Origin: a virus | Reading direction: 5' to 3' (one strand) | DNA length: 64,000 bases | Virus record (IMG/VR): IMGVR_UViG_3300045988_086533 | Span: 5,140 to 69,139 of that record | In this document: positions 46,701 through 54,862 of the stretch, piece after piece | How the letters are laid out: every line of letters starts with the position of its first letter | How positions within the stretch are numbered: the stretch's first letter is position 1 | Notes under the pieces: model-generated | Database searches by the model: none | Seen by the model: only the letters and a program-made list of their open reading frames with translations | What the model was told of the DNA's origin: nothing | Translations under genes and position numbers: made by a program

Positions 46701-48975
46701 ATTAGCAACACCAACATATGAAACTATAAGTAATGATTCAATATTATGTGATAGTTATGTAAATGGACATTTAGATGTAGATAGTGTAGTACCTATTGAG
46801 AGAGTTAACTTTAAACCGAGTTGGATTTATTGTAAATATGTTTATACTAATACTGAGTATACAATTCAATTTGAAGCTGACAATGTCGGTACTCTTAATT
46901 TACATTTTAGTGGTGGGGATAAAAATAATAATAGCATAATAAAGGGCATTAACAAAATTAATATTACTACAACTAACGATACGGCTTATTTACAATTTAG
47001 TGGTATAGGTTTTAATATGTCTAATATAGTAGTAACACCTAAAGTAGAGCAACCTTTTGGATATTTTAAAGGAATGAAATCAGTAGGTCAAGATGATGAG
47101 AATGGCAATAAAATCGAAATTTTATCACAAAATAAGAATTTATGTAGTATAAATTCTTATATAGGGGTAAAATACAATAAAATAGAAACAAATATAAAGT
47201 GTAAGAAAAATACAATTTACACTCTATCTTTCAATGATTTATCAGATTTAGAGGGTAATAAAGGTATAACTTTAATAACACATAAAACACCAACTGATGC
47301 AAGTAGTCATGAGGCTATTTATATTCATGCAATGAATGAAGGTGGGAAAGAATATGTTTTCAGAAGTAGTGGGTTTACGTTTAACACTAGTGATTGCAAT
47401 TATATTTCTTTAACAAGCAACAATAATAGGGGTATTGATAATATAAATGTGCAAGAAATACAAATAGAAGAAGGTTCACAAACATCTTATAGTCCACACA
47501 CATTTAATACAAAAGAAATTTTATTAAATGAACCACTTAGAGGACTTCCAAATGGAGTTAAAGATAAAATTGTAATAATAGATGGTAAATGGTATATAGA
47601 AAGAAATTGTATGGCAGTACAATTTAAGGATTTAAAATATAGTAGAACAGACGTATATCAAAAAGCTGAATTCCCAGATGTTATTGGTTTTAGACTAATG
47701 AATACAGGAATAAACGCTCCTATATTATGTGATAGATTTGCTTATACTAATGATAGAATAATTAACTTTGGAGAATTATTAACTAATAAAGAAAATATAA
47801 ATATTACTAGTGGTGGTTCGTTCAACGAATTTTTTATAACTATACAAAAGGCAAAATTAACAACTTTAGATTTTAATGGAGTAATGAAATATTTTACTGA
47901 CAATCCAATGGAAATTATTGCTAAAGCAACTACACCAACATATGAACCAATAGAATATAATTCTTTTGAAGTATATTCAGATACAACACATATATCTAAT
48001 AACTCTAATATACCTTGTAATATGGTAATTAGAAATAGTGGTTTTAACTGTATACTAAAACCTAATACTACTTATACTATATCTTCCAATAATGGTTTGA
48101 GCAGTGTGGTAACTAAAGATAGTATAGGAGATAGTGTATTAAGATTTTATGATAAAGATACTACTAGTGTTACTAAAATGAATAATGTACTTGTATTAGA
48201 AGGTGATTATATTACTGGAAATCCACCTATCCCCGCATTCTTTAAAGGCATGGAAAGTACATTTGAGCAAGAACTAGTTACAGATGAACAAGATAGGAAT
48301 TATGGTAAATATAAAGTAAATGTAAAAGCCACTAACCCAGATAATAGCCAGCAAAATAACATAACATTCTACATTAAAGAACCATTAAGAGGAGTAGGAG
48401 ATGTAAAAGATAAAGTATATGTAAAAGAAGATAAAGTAGTAGTGGAAAGAAATTGTGCTGGTGTTACTTTAGATGGTAGTGAAAATAAAAAAATTAGTTT
48501 AAATGCTATTAGAGGTAATTTAGTAGAATTTATAATAACTGACAATTTAATACCTAATCGTGTAGGAGTAAAATATGTTGCAACTACGTTACCAAATATA
48601 GATGGTGTAGTTGAAAAAGTAGTATGTGGCTATAGGTCAATATATATACAATTACATAAAACAAAATTACAGAGTATTGATGTACCTGGTTTTAGACAAT
48701 GGCTACAAGCAAATCCAGTAACAGTAGTATATGAATTAGCCACTCCAACATACGAAGAAGTAGAATACTTTGACTTAAAATTATTTGTTGAAATATTTAA
48801 AGATACTACTATTATATACAATAGTAATATACCAGTAACAAGTACAATAAACTATACTTATTCAACACCATTAACTGATGCAGTAAACACTGTGAGTGAT
48901 ATATCTGACCAACAAGACTCTATGATAATAGATATGGCAACTCAAGTAGCTACTATGGAAATGATGTTGATGTAG
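43780..48975 (+). CDS. giant BppU-N-like baseplate/fibre protein with internally repeated C-terminal modules
   Basis: ATG at 43780 after GAAGGAGAGG. Ig-like N-terminus, long Q/N/K coiled coil, then three modules anchored by (L)EGDY..P(I)P.(Y/F)F.G(L/M).S.FE.. and ATPTYE. Confidence 0.6.
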   Translation: MSNINRDYLIVLNPKTSKVTVPELNYYIYDKYTANLFVNLVTVENGKIVNMADADQYKLVLHVLKPTNEIQTVEDIQVFNKEKALFQIELDQELTKNIGRYKCELLTIDKTDHVVQSAKFSYRVKKSIYNDLDVVTETPEYPIIITLLDKLQDIDKYEEERRANEVARVAAEKARVKDYTDLRQTVTTDIDTMQEKIDSFDGKVQEVDNAVQQMRTNITNYQTEKNKELDSYKTQKDTQINTSIKNMENTIDTYKTEKDKQINDKITQQDTKIDKAIDLQNKNIQASTKALNDKLDAAVQDQNNTIAANNQAQNKVISDAVAAQNKTINTVVESDKVQNDRLDTLETSDTNNKAEIKKLQDKDVEHEERMTAIEAVNVEQNNRLDAIEIKNDQQDSRLNDVEAKNKKQDMDLKCLFAESHSERITLEDEVGNSVFLQNSKQGFATVDELKGNTLVNCNKDTDKELILNGNIDTSGYGTVTTTEGVDGGKVDVALEGNTMVNVCDQEDPIAITKNYEVTTGNHVALQGEYDGKCRPVLNGNTLVNLMTKYKDESLLEYFYPDGTNNVANVSMLKPNTEYTLIYTAKYQKTGDTGCMIIHLTSSSNDGISTNQELTTSYSQYIYKFTTPSNVSNFVLRSNGSYFYVKECRLLEGDYTNKPIPNYFTGLQSSFEDKLITDEKDANNGKYKVDYKVTGKNKCPIENKTITITAKNAEIGNSKNSILYKNIDISNLKGQYYFSGEYTINNTTKTPTLLLSNTPLTKFIHNDCYEETINNGGIQIGIGVIDLTKYKYATITTGNEARDLTVNTDYQCTLKSIQLEEGTTATTYEPYKEYTKTFYLNSPLLEGDTIEDVNGKATHVHRYGSITNKDLIPTFIDLENNNYRSDTSCACLFNFKGNTYNKPKTIMYCDKLPYYSNSWSGTNIDSAICGVNPEYDFSIRLPLSATGITAQDSVDECLEKFKIWNTNNLINIVYQLATPTYETISNDSILCDSYVNGHLDVDSVVPIERVNFKPSWIYCKYVYTNTEYTIQFEADNVGTLNLHFSGGDKNNNSIIKGINKINITTTNDTAYLQFSGIGFNMSNIVVTPKVEQPFGYFKGMKSVGQDDENGNKIEILSQNKNLCSINSYIGVKYNKIETNIKCKKNTIYTLSFNDLSDLEGNKGITLITHKTPTDASSHEAIYIHAMNEGGKEYVFRSSGFTFNTSDCNYISLTSNNNRGIDNINVQEIQIEEGSQTSYSPHTFNTKEILLNEPLRGLPNGVKDKIVIIDGKWYIERNCMAVQFKDLKYSRTDVYQKAEFPDVIGFRLMNTGINAPILCDRFAYTNDRIINFGELLTNKENINITSGGSFNEFFITIQKAKLTTLDFNGVMKYFTDNPMEIIAKATTPTYEPIEYNSFEVYSDTTHISNNSNIPCNMVIRNSGFNCILKPNTTYTISSNNGLSSVVTKDSIGDSVLRFYDKDTTSVTKMNNVLVLEGDYITGNPPIPAFFKGMESTFEQELVTDEQDRNYGKYKVNVKATNPDNSQQNNITFYIKEPLRGVGDVKDKVYVKEDKVVVERNCAGVTLDGSENKKISLNAIRGNLVEFIITDNLIPNRVGVKYVATTLPNIDGVVEKVVCGYRSIYIQLHKTKLQSIDVPGFRQWLQANPVTVVYELATPTYEEVEYFDLKLFVEIFKDTTIIYNSNIPVTSTINYTYSTPLTDAVNTVSDISDQQDSMIIDMATQVATMEMMLM

Positions 48976-48986
48976 GAGGTGTGTAT

Positions 48987-49139
48987 ATGTTATATGAAGT
49001 TTTATTAAGAGCAATAAAACGACATAACTATATCAGTAAAAAAGATATTACAGAGAAACTAAGTTTACTATACAGTGCAGATAAAATAACAGGAGAACAA
49101 TATGTAGATTTAATGTTTCTTATAGAGGAGGTGAATTAA
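48987..49139 (+). CDS. xkdX: XkdX-like small protein
   Basis: Not in the track. AGGAGG SD. ..I(T/S)..QY..L.. C-terminus and position before the lysin. Confidence 0.5.
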   Translation: MLYEVLLRAIKRHNYISKKDITEKLSLLYSADKITGEQYVDLMFLIEEVN

Positions 49140-49140
49140 T

Positions 49141-49287
49141 ATGCTATATAAATGCTTAAAAAGAATGATACAAAGAGAAAACTATGAAAGTAAAGAATCA
49201 ATGGCTGAAAAAATCTCTATACTTTACGCAAATGACCAATTAACTAAAGAACAATACGAAGAATTAATGGCTATGTTAAATGCATAA
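49141..49287 (+). CDS. xkdX: XkdX-like small protein (tandem paralog)
   Basis: Not in the track. GAGGAGG SD. MLY..L.R.I.R.NY.SK.. shared with the previous gene. Confidence 0.5.
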   Translation: MLYKCLKRMIQRENYESKESMAEKISILYANDQLTKEQYEELMAMLNA

Positions 49288-49320
49288 TCTATGTAACATA
49301 GTAAGGAGAGGTGGTAGATA

Positions 49321-50199
49321 ATGAAAACTAAAAACGGTTTTACATTATTAGAAAGCGCTAAAGATGTTAAAAATTGGTTAGCAAAACAACACGTAAGTAG
49401 AACAATAACAAAATTACAAGTACATCATATGGATATGCCTAGCTACAGTACATGGGAAAAGACCGATAAAAAGGTCTTTTCCGAGCCTCATTTTGGAAGA
49501 ACTCAATCACTAGATGATTATGGAAAAAGAACATGGCATAGCAGTGACGGACATGGTCATTATATTGCTCAACACTTCAATGTTTTCCCAGATGGAAAAA
49601 TAACAACTGGTAGAAATTTAAACTCCACTCCAATTGGTATTAGGGGTTGGAATACAAATGCTATATGTATAGAAATATACGGATGCTTTGACAAGGGCAA
49701 AGACAAAATGACATCCGCACAAAAGAAAGCAGTAATATATCTTTATGGTGAATTGTGTAAAAGATTTAATATACCTGTAAATACAACTCATATAAGACCA
49801 CATTGTTGGTTTACTGCTAGTGGAACATACTTAGGAAAATATGACTCTAGTAGAAGTGCTAAAACTTGTCCTGGCACTAACTTTTGGGGTCATGGATGTT
49901 CTCCTGACGGATTTGATCATTTTATAAAAGATGTTAAGAATTATGTAAATGGTAAAAAGGAAGAAGAACATAAAGAGGAAAAACCTAAAGAATTTAAACA
50001 ATATATAGCACGTTGCACTACTGACGATCTTAATTGTAGAAAAGGACCTGGTATAAAATACGATGTAGTGGATGTCATAAATAAAGGTGTTGCAATAACA
50101 ATAGTAGAAGAAAAAGAAGTTGATGGAGGTACTTGGTGCAAAGGAAAAGCTGGATACTGGGTTAATAAGAAGTACTTAGAATTTGTTAGATATGTATAA
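49321..50199 (+). CDS. endolysin: N-acetylmuramoyl-L-alanine amidase (PGRP/amidase_2) with C-terminal SH3-like domain
   Basis: LQVHHMD.., HCWF..KTCPG zinc-ligand pattern. C-terminal LNCRKGPGIKYDVV..WCKG. Confidence 0.8.
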   Translation: MKTKNGFTLLESAKDVKNWLAKQHVSRTITKLQVHHMDMPSYSTWEKTDKKVFSEPHFGRTQSLDDYGKRTWHSSDGHGHYIAQHFNVFPDGKITTGRNLNSTPIGIRGWNTNAICIEIYGCFDKGKDKMTSAQKKAVIYLYGELCKRFNIPVNTTHIRPHCWFTASGTYLGKYDSSRSAKTCPGTNFWGHGCSPDGFDHFIKDVKNYVNGKKEEEHKEEKPKEFKQYIARCTTDDLNCRKGPGIKYDVVDVINKGVAITIVEEKEVDGGTWCKGKAGYWVNKKYLEFVRYV

Positions 50200-50207
50200 A
50201 ATAAGAA

Positions 50208-50240
50208 ATTCTCACATTTATTATGTGGGAATTTTTTTTA
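50208..50240 (+). terminator. intrinsic terminator after the endolysin gene
   Basis: TTCTCACAT / ATGTGGGAA stem followed by a T8 run. Confidence 0.65.
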
Positions 50241-50255
50241 TTTGTATAAAAATAG

Positions 50256-50284
50256 TTGAATAATTATACAAGTAGTAGTATAAT
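50256..50284 (+). promoter_or_regulatory. sigma-A-type promoter
   Basis: TTGAAT-17 nt-TATAAT after the endolysin terminator. Confidence 0.6.
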
Positions 50285-50318
50285 ATAAGTATAAAATATA
50301 AATAAGGGGATGTTAATA

Positions 50319-50486
50319 ATGAAAACAGGCGACAAATTAATACACATAATAAGTAATAAAATATACACAGTAGGATATATGTATAGTGAGGACGATACAG
50401 ATGCCGTATTAGTTGATGAGAATGGAGTTGCAGCTATATATCCTATGAAATTAATTAGAGGTTGGTTCAGAGTATATGAAGAATAA
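50319..50486 (+). CDS. hypothetical protein (55 aa)
   Basis: Not in the track. AAGGGGA SD. First gene after the sigma-A-type promoter at 50256. Confidence 0.4.
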   Translation: MKTGDKLIHIISNKIYTVGYMYSEDDTDAVLVDENGVAAIYPMKLIRGWFRVYEE

Positions 50487-50510
50487 ACCTCTATCAACTG
50501 GAGGTGTAAC

Positions 50511-52154
50511 ATGAAATTAAAAATAGACAAAGGAATAAAGTTTAGAGGTAGTTCACTATTCATTAAAATAGTCGGTGATGAGTTAGAATATTTAGATGTA
50601 ATTAGATCATTCAACTGTTATTACCATAAGAATAAAAATATGTGGGAACTCCCAAAAGGGGCATTTAAAACTATATTAGATAAATGCAGGGATTGTAATA
50701 TTGATATAGTCGGTAAAATACCCAAAGAATTTGAGAATTATTTAAAATTACTGGACAACTACGATAAACCACTGGCTGAATATAAAAGTAAAACTACACC
50801 ATATAGTTATCAGATGGATAGTTTTTTATATTCCAGAGACCATACAAAATTTTTACTTGCGGACGAACAAGGTCTTGGTAAAACAAAACAAGCCTTAGAC
50901 ATAGCAGTGAGTAAAAAAGGACAAATGAAACATTGTCTTATAGTTTGCGGAGTCAACGAATTGAAGTGGAACTGGGTAAATGAAGTATCAGTACATACTA
51001 ATGAACAAGCACATATATTAGGATTTAAGGATGGTAAAATTGGTAGTGTACATGATAGGTTATTAGACCTACAAAATAAACATGAGGAATTTTTCCTGGT
51101 TACTAATATTGAAACACTACGTGACACTAAAATACAGGAATACATAAAAATACTTTGTACGTGCGGTGTAATAGGTATGACCATTATAGATGAGATCCAC
51201 AAGTGCAAAAACTCTACCAGCATCCAAGGTAAGGCCATCCATTGTTGTTGTTCTTATTATAAGTTGGCGCTTACAGGAACACCAATAATGAATGCTGCTA
51301 TAGATTTATACAATGTACTGAAATGGCTAGAGGTAGAAAACCACAGTTTAACTCAATTTAAAAACCATTACTGTATCATGGGTGGCTTTGGTGGATACCA
51401 AATAGTGGGTTACAAACATTTAGATGAGCTGCAAAGTAGACTAGACAAATATATGCTAAGACGTAGAAAAGAAGATGTATTAGACTTACCACCTAAAATA
51501 TACACTAATGAGTTACTGGAGATGGATGCAGGCCAAACTAAAATATACAAAGAAGTAGAACAAACTATACAAGATAATATTGATAAAATACTTCTATTAC
51601 CGAATCCATTAACTGCTCTAACACGTTTGAGACAAGTTACAGGTAATCCAGATATTCTGACTACACATAAAGTAAACAATGTAAAATATAAACGTATGGT
51701 GGAGATAGTGTATGAAGTGGTTAATAATGGAGGTAAAGTGATTATTTTTAGTAACTGGGCGAGGGTGATTGAACCGGCTGCGGAACTACTAGAAATGTAT
51801 AACCCAGCCTGTATAACCTCTCAAGTGAAGGACAAGGATAAATTACTCAAGGAGTTTAAGGAAAACCCTAAATGCAAGGTTATATTAGGTACAATAGGGT
51901 GTCTAGGTACTGGTTTTACTCTTAATGAAGCTAATACGGTGATCTTCTTGGATGAGCCGTGGAGTAGTGCAAATAAACAACAGGCTGAGGACAGATGTCA
52001 TAGGATAGGAACAAAGGGGACAGTAAATATTATTACTCTAATATGTAAGGATACTATAGACGAAAAAGTACATAATATAGTAAAAAGTAAACAAGCACTA
52101 TCTAGCGAGGTAGTGGATAATAAAAAATTATTTAAGGATATAATGGAGGGATAG
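50511..52154 (+). CDS. SNF2-family helicase/translocase
   Basis: ADEQGLGKTKQAL (motif I), DEIHKCKN (DExH), QAEDRCHRIGT (motif VI). Confidence 0.8.
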   Translation: MKLKIDKGIKFRGSSLFIKIVGDELEYLDVIRSFNCYYHKNKNMWELPKGAFKTILDKCRDCNIDIVGKIPKEFENYLKLLDNYDKPLAEYKSKTTPYSYQMDSFLYSRDHTKFLLADEQGLGKTKQALDIAVSKKGQMKHCLIVCGVNELKWNWVNEVSVHTNEQAHILGFKDGKIGSVHDRLLDLQNKHEEFFLVTNIETLRDTKIQEYIKILCTCGVIGMTIIDEIHKCKNSTSIQGKAIHCCCSYYKLALTGTPIMNAAIDLYNVLKWLEVENHSLTQFKNHYCIMGGFGGYQIVGYKHLDELQSRLDKYMLRRRKEDVLDLPPKIYTNELLEMDAGQTKIYKEVEQTIQDNIDKILLLPNPLTALTRLRQVTGNPDILTTHKVNNVKYKRMVEIVYEVVNNGGKVIIFSNWARVIEPAAELLEMYNPACITSQVKDKDKLLKEFKENPKCKVILGTIGCLGTGFTLNEANTVIFLDEPWSSANKQQAEDRCHRIGTKGTVNIITLICKDTIDEKVHNIVKSKQALSSEVVDNKKLFKDIMEG

Positions 52155-52157
52155 AAT

Positions 52158-52436
52158 ATGAAAATAATAGATGGAAATATGTATTATAGTTTAACAGAGA
52201 TAGGGTCTATTATTGGTAGAACTAAAGCTACCATTTTAAGATGGTATGAGTATGAAGATCAGTTACCTGTAGAACAACGTAGATTACCAAACTACATAAC
52301 ATTAGGACAACAACACGCTAAATATTTTGCGGCACATGACATTGACACATTTACTGAGTTCATGAAAACTAATAAAAGAGGGACTATGAAAAATGTCAGT
52401 GATAAATACAACGGTAACTTAGCAAATAATAAATAA
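52158..52436 (+). CDS. small HTH DNA-binding protein (MerR/excisionase-like)
   Basis: YYSLTEIGSIIGRTKATILRWYEY helix-turn-helix pattern. Confidence 0.4.
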   Translation: MKIIDGNMYYSLTEIGSIIGRTKATILRWYEYEDQLPVEQRRLPNYITLGQQHAKYFAAHDIDTFTEFMKTNKRGTMKNVSDKYNGNLANNK

Positions 52437-52452
52437 ATTATATACTATATAT
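52418..52452 (+). promoter_or_regulatory. phage-specific promoter motif, copy 7
   Basis: CTTAGCAAA-N14-TATACTATATAT. Overlaps the end of 52158..52436. Precedes 52531. Confidence 0.5.
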
Positions 52453-52460
52453 AGGGATAT

Positions 52461-52499
52461 AACCTCATAGAACCTACCTAAAATAGGTTTTATGGGGTT
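52461..52499 (+). promoter_or_regulatory. 5'-leader stem-loop
   Basis: 16-bp stem AACCTCATAGAACCTA / TAGGTTTTATGGGGTT. The two G-U pairs only work on the + strand RNA. No T-run follows. Confidence 0.45.
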
Positions 52500-52530
52500 C
52501 ATAGATTAATTACTTAAGGAGGCTAAAAAA

Positions 52531-52914
52531 ATGAAGGACTTAGGGGTTTTATTAAGTGAGTTAGCTGAAATAAAAGAACTCAATAAAAAGAATAAAGAGA
52601 TTGAAAACAACTTGATTAAAGACACTAAAACTATGTTAGATGAGAAGGGTATTACTAAAGGAGAATACGATGGCATAAAAGTTTCTTATACTACTAATAC
52701 TAAAAGTGAGTTAGATGATAACATCCTTATAGAGATATTATTAAATATGGCACAAGAAAAACCTGAAATAATGGACTGTCTAATTAAAACATATACTGTA
52801 GATGAAGATAAGTTGGAAGAATTAATGTATGGGGGTCTAATAAGTACTGACGACATAGCTCCAGCTTATAGAGAGAAACAATATAAAACTTTAAGAGTAA
52901 AGAGGGTGAAATAA
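52531..52914 (+). CDS. hypothetical protein
   Basis: TAAGGAGG SD. 127 aa. Confidence 0.5.
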   Translation: MKDLGVLLSELAEIKELNKKNKEIENNLIKDTKTMLDEKGITKGEYDGIKVSYTTNTKSELDDNILIEILLNMAQEKPEIMDCLIKTYTVDEDKLEELMYGGLISTDDIAPAYREKQYKTLRVKRVK

Positions 52915-53273
52915 TGGCTCTACCTGGATTTAATGTTAATAAAGTACCAACTGTACAAACTAAATTAATAGAAGAAATTATAGACTATCTTAATAATAGA
53001 GCAGGAACTAAATATAAACATGATGCTAAAAATACTGTCAAATATATTTCCGCCCGACTAAAAGAAGGTTATACATTAGAAGATTTTAAATATGTGATTG
53101 ATGTAAAAATAGCTGAGTGGGGTGGAACTAATATGGAAATGTATATTAGACCACAAACTCTATTTAGTTCTAAAATGGAAAACTATGTTAATCAACCTAT
53201 GCCACGTAGTAATCGTGCTAGTTATCAAGTTGAAAATGATTATAAACACGACACAACTAATAGAAGGATTTAA
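52914..53273 (+). CDS. conserved phage C-terminus (Phg_2220_C) domain protein, DnaD-type replication accessory
   Basis: IIDYLNNRAGTKYK..ISARLKEGYTLEDFKYVID.KIAEW..YIRPQTLFS matches the recalled family consensus closely. Confidence 0.6.
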   Translation: MALPGFNVNKVPTVQTKLIEEIIDYLNNRAGTKYKHDAKNTVKYISARLKEGYTLEDFKYVIDVKIAEWGGTNMEMYIRPQTLFSSKMENYVNQPMPRSNRASYQVENDYKHDTTNRRI

Positions 53274-53288
53274 TCCTTCTATTTTTTT
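53261..53288 (+). terminator. intrinsic terminator
   Basis: TAGAAGGAT / ATCCTTCTA stem with the stop codon in the loop, followed by T7. Confidence 0.55.
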
Positions 53289-53296
53289 AGGTCCAA

Positions 53297-53331
53297 GTTA
53301 GTAAAACGCTCAAATTTTCTATACTATATAA
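53297..53331 (+). promoter_or_regulatory. phage-specific promoter motif, copy 8
   Basis: GTTAGTAAA-N14-TATACTATATAA. Confidence 0.5.
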
Positions 53332-53369
53332 AAAAACCTTTTTTAAAATAAAAATTTTTTAAATTTGTA

Positions 53370-53404
53370 GTTAGTAAAATCGCAAATAATTCTATACTAT
53401 ATAT
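53370..53404 (+). promoter_or_regulatory. phage-specific promoter motif, copy 9
   Basis: GTTAGTAAA-N14-TATACTATATAT. Precedes 53512. Confidence 0.5.
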
Positions 53405-53460
53405 AGATATTAAATATTAGTTATCCTAAAAATAAATAAAGAATCCCGCAATGGGAGATT

Positions 53461-53483
53461 ATTATGCAACAAAGTTGCATAAT
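53461..53483 (+). promoter_or_regulatory. 5'-leader stem-loop
   Basis: Perfect 10-bp stem ATTATGCAAC / GTTGCATAAT with a 3-nt loop, between promoter copy 9 and the SD of 53512. Confidence 0.4.
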
Positions 53484-53511
53484 TCTTTTCAACTAAAAAA
53501 GGAGGAATATT

Positions 53512-53778
53512 ATGATAAGTACTAATAATTATTTGGTGGTGACTCCAAACAACTATTTTTTATGCAATGATGTTAGACACATTATTAATAGTATAAAACA
53601 CAGTTGTTATAGATTAAATGGTCATCAACTACAAAACTTTAATAAACTTATTACTAGACATATAGAGAGAGCTGATTGGAATAAACCAATAAAGAAACAA
53701 AAGTATATCATTAAAGATGATATATATGTAGTAAAGTTAGATAAAGATGAAATAAAAATGTTTTTTAGGGGGTGTTAA
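53512..53778 (+). CDS. hypothetical protein
   Basis: AAAGGAGG SD. 88 aa. Confidence 0.5.
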   Translation: MISTNNYLVVTPNNYFLCNDVRHIINSIKHSCYRLNGHQLQNFNKLITRHIERADWNKPIKKQKYIIKDDIYVVKLDKDEIKMFFRGC

Positions 53779-53780
53779 TT

Positions 53781-54587
53781 ATGGACGAAAAATACAAAAT
53801 ATATAATGGTGATTGCTTAGAGGTTATGGATAAACTGATTGAGCAGGGAATAAAAGTTGATGCAGTAATATGTGATCTTCCATACGGAATAACTGGATAT
53901 AAGTGGGATAGTGTAATTCCATTTAATAAAATGTGGGATAAAGTGAATAAATTAATTAAAGCTGATTGTGCAATTGTATTATTTGGACGTGAACCTTTTA
54001 CAAGTGCATTAAGAATGAGCAATATAAGCAATTATAAATATGAATGGTACTGGAATAAAATTAGTAGTGGTAATTTTGTAGGGGCAAAATTTGCTCCTTT
54101 TAAAATAATTGAAAATATTTGTATTTTTAGTAATGGGAAATGTCCCTATAATCCACAAATGATAGAACGAACTGAAAAAGAAATAAATGATTATATTGCA
54201 AAGAGTCGTAATAATAATATTACAGTTAAAAATGATTATTTATATGATGGATTTAAAAGTGGTGTCATTGTGCCTTCATCCAACCCTAAATATAAATATC
54301 CCGTTAATTTATTAAATTTTAACTGGAAAGCTAAAGAATGTAATAGTAGATATAGAGTGCACCCAACCCAAAAACCAGTAGATCTACTTGAGTATTTAGT
54401 TAAAACTTATACCAATGAAGGTGATTTAATATTAGACTTTACAATGGGGAGTGGCAGCACAGGAGTAGCTTGTTTAAATACTAACCGTAGATTTATTGGA
54501 ATAGAAAAGGAAGAAAAGTATTTTATTATAACCAAAGAGCGACTAGAAGATGCTAAATTGAATAATAGACAAAAGAAATTATTTTAG
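53781..54587 (+). CDS. beta-class DNA methyltransferase (N6A/N4C family), motif IV DLPY
   Basis: Motif IV (CDLPYG) near the N-terminus and motif I (FTMGSGSTG) near the C-terminus. Ends ..NNRQKKLF. Confidence 0.8.
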   Translation: MDEKYKIYNGDCLEVMDKLIEQGIKVDAVICDLPYGITGYKWDSVIPFNKMWDKVNKLIKADCAIVLFGREPFTSALRMSNISNYKYEWYWNKISSGNFVGAKFAPFKIIENICIFSNGKCPYNPQMIERTEKEINDYIAKSRNNNITVKNDYLYDGFKSGVIVPSSNPKYKYPVNLLNFNWKAKECNSRYRVHPTQKPVDLLEYLVKTYTNEGDLILDFTMGSGSTGVACLNTNRRFIGIEKEEKYFIITKERLEDAKLNNRQKKLF

Positions 54588-54600
54588 TGGAGGAATAATT

Positions 54601-54840
54601 ATGAATGATATAGAACTAACTAAGCAGAGACAAAAAGAAATAGCTAAATATGGTAAACGACAAGGTTTTCCAATTTGGGTATGTTTTAAGATGAATTATT
54701 TAGGTGATATAACAGAGATTAAGACATTCTTTACTGCAAGTGCTAAAGATGAGTATATTAGTCAAAAGGTAGATGATTATAACTTTGTAGCATATCTGAC
54801 ATATTCCAATGATGTTAAAAAAGTTTCATATTCTATTTAA
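54601..54840 (+). CDS. hypothetical protein
   Basis: GGAGGA SD. 79 aa. Confidence 0.5.
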   Translation: MNDIELTKQRQKEIAKYGKRQGFPIWVCFKMNYLGDITEIKTFFTASAKDEYISQKVDDYNFVAYLTYSNDVKKVSYSI

Positions 54841-54862
54841 ATGCGAGGGAGATGAGTTTTTT

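Noticed and set aside
53274-53511. A micro-ORF (MGDYYATKLHNSFQLKKEEYYDKY) and a possible tRNA-like structure in the 238-nt gap.
   Set aside because: The micro-ORF has no SD. The sequence lacks tRNA hallmarks (no GTTCRA T-loop and no cloverleaf). The hairpin is better explained as a leader element.
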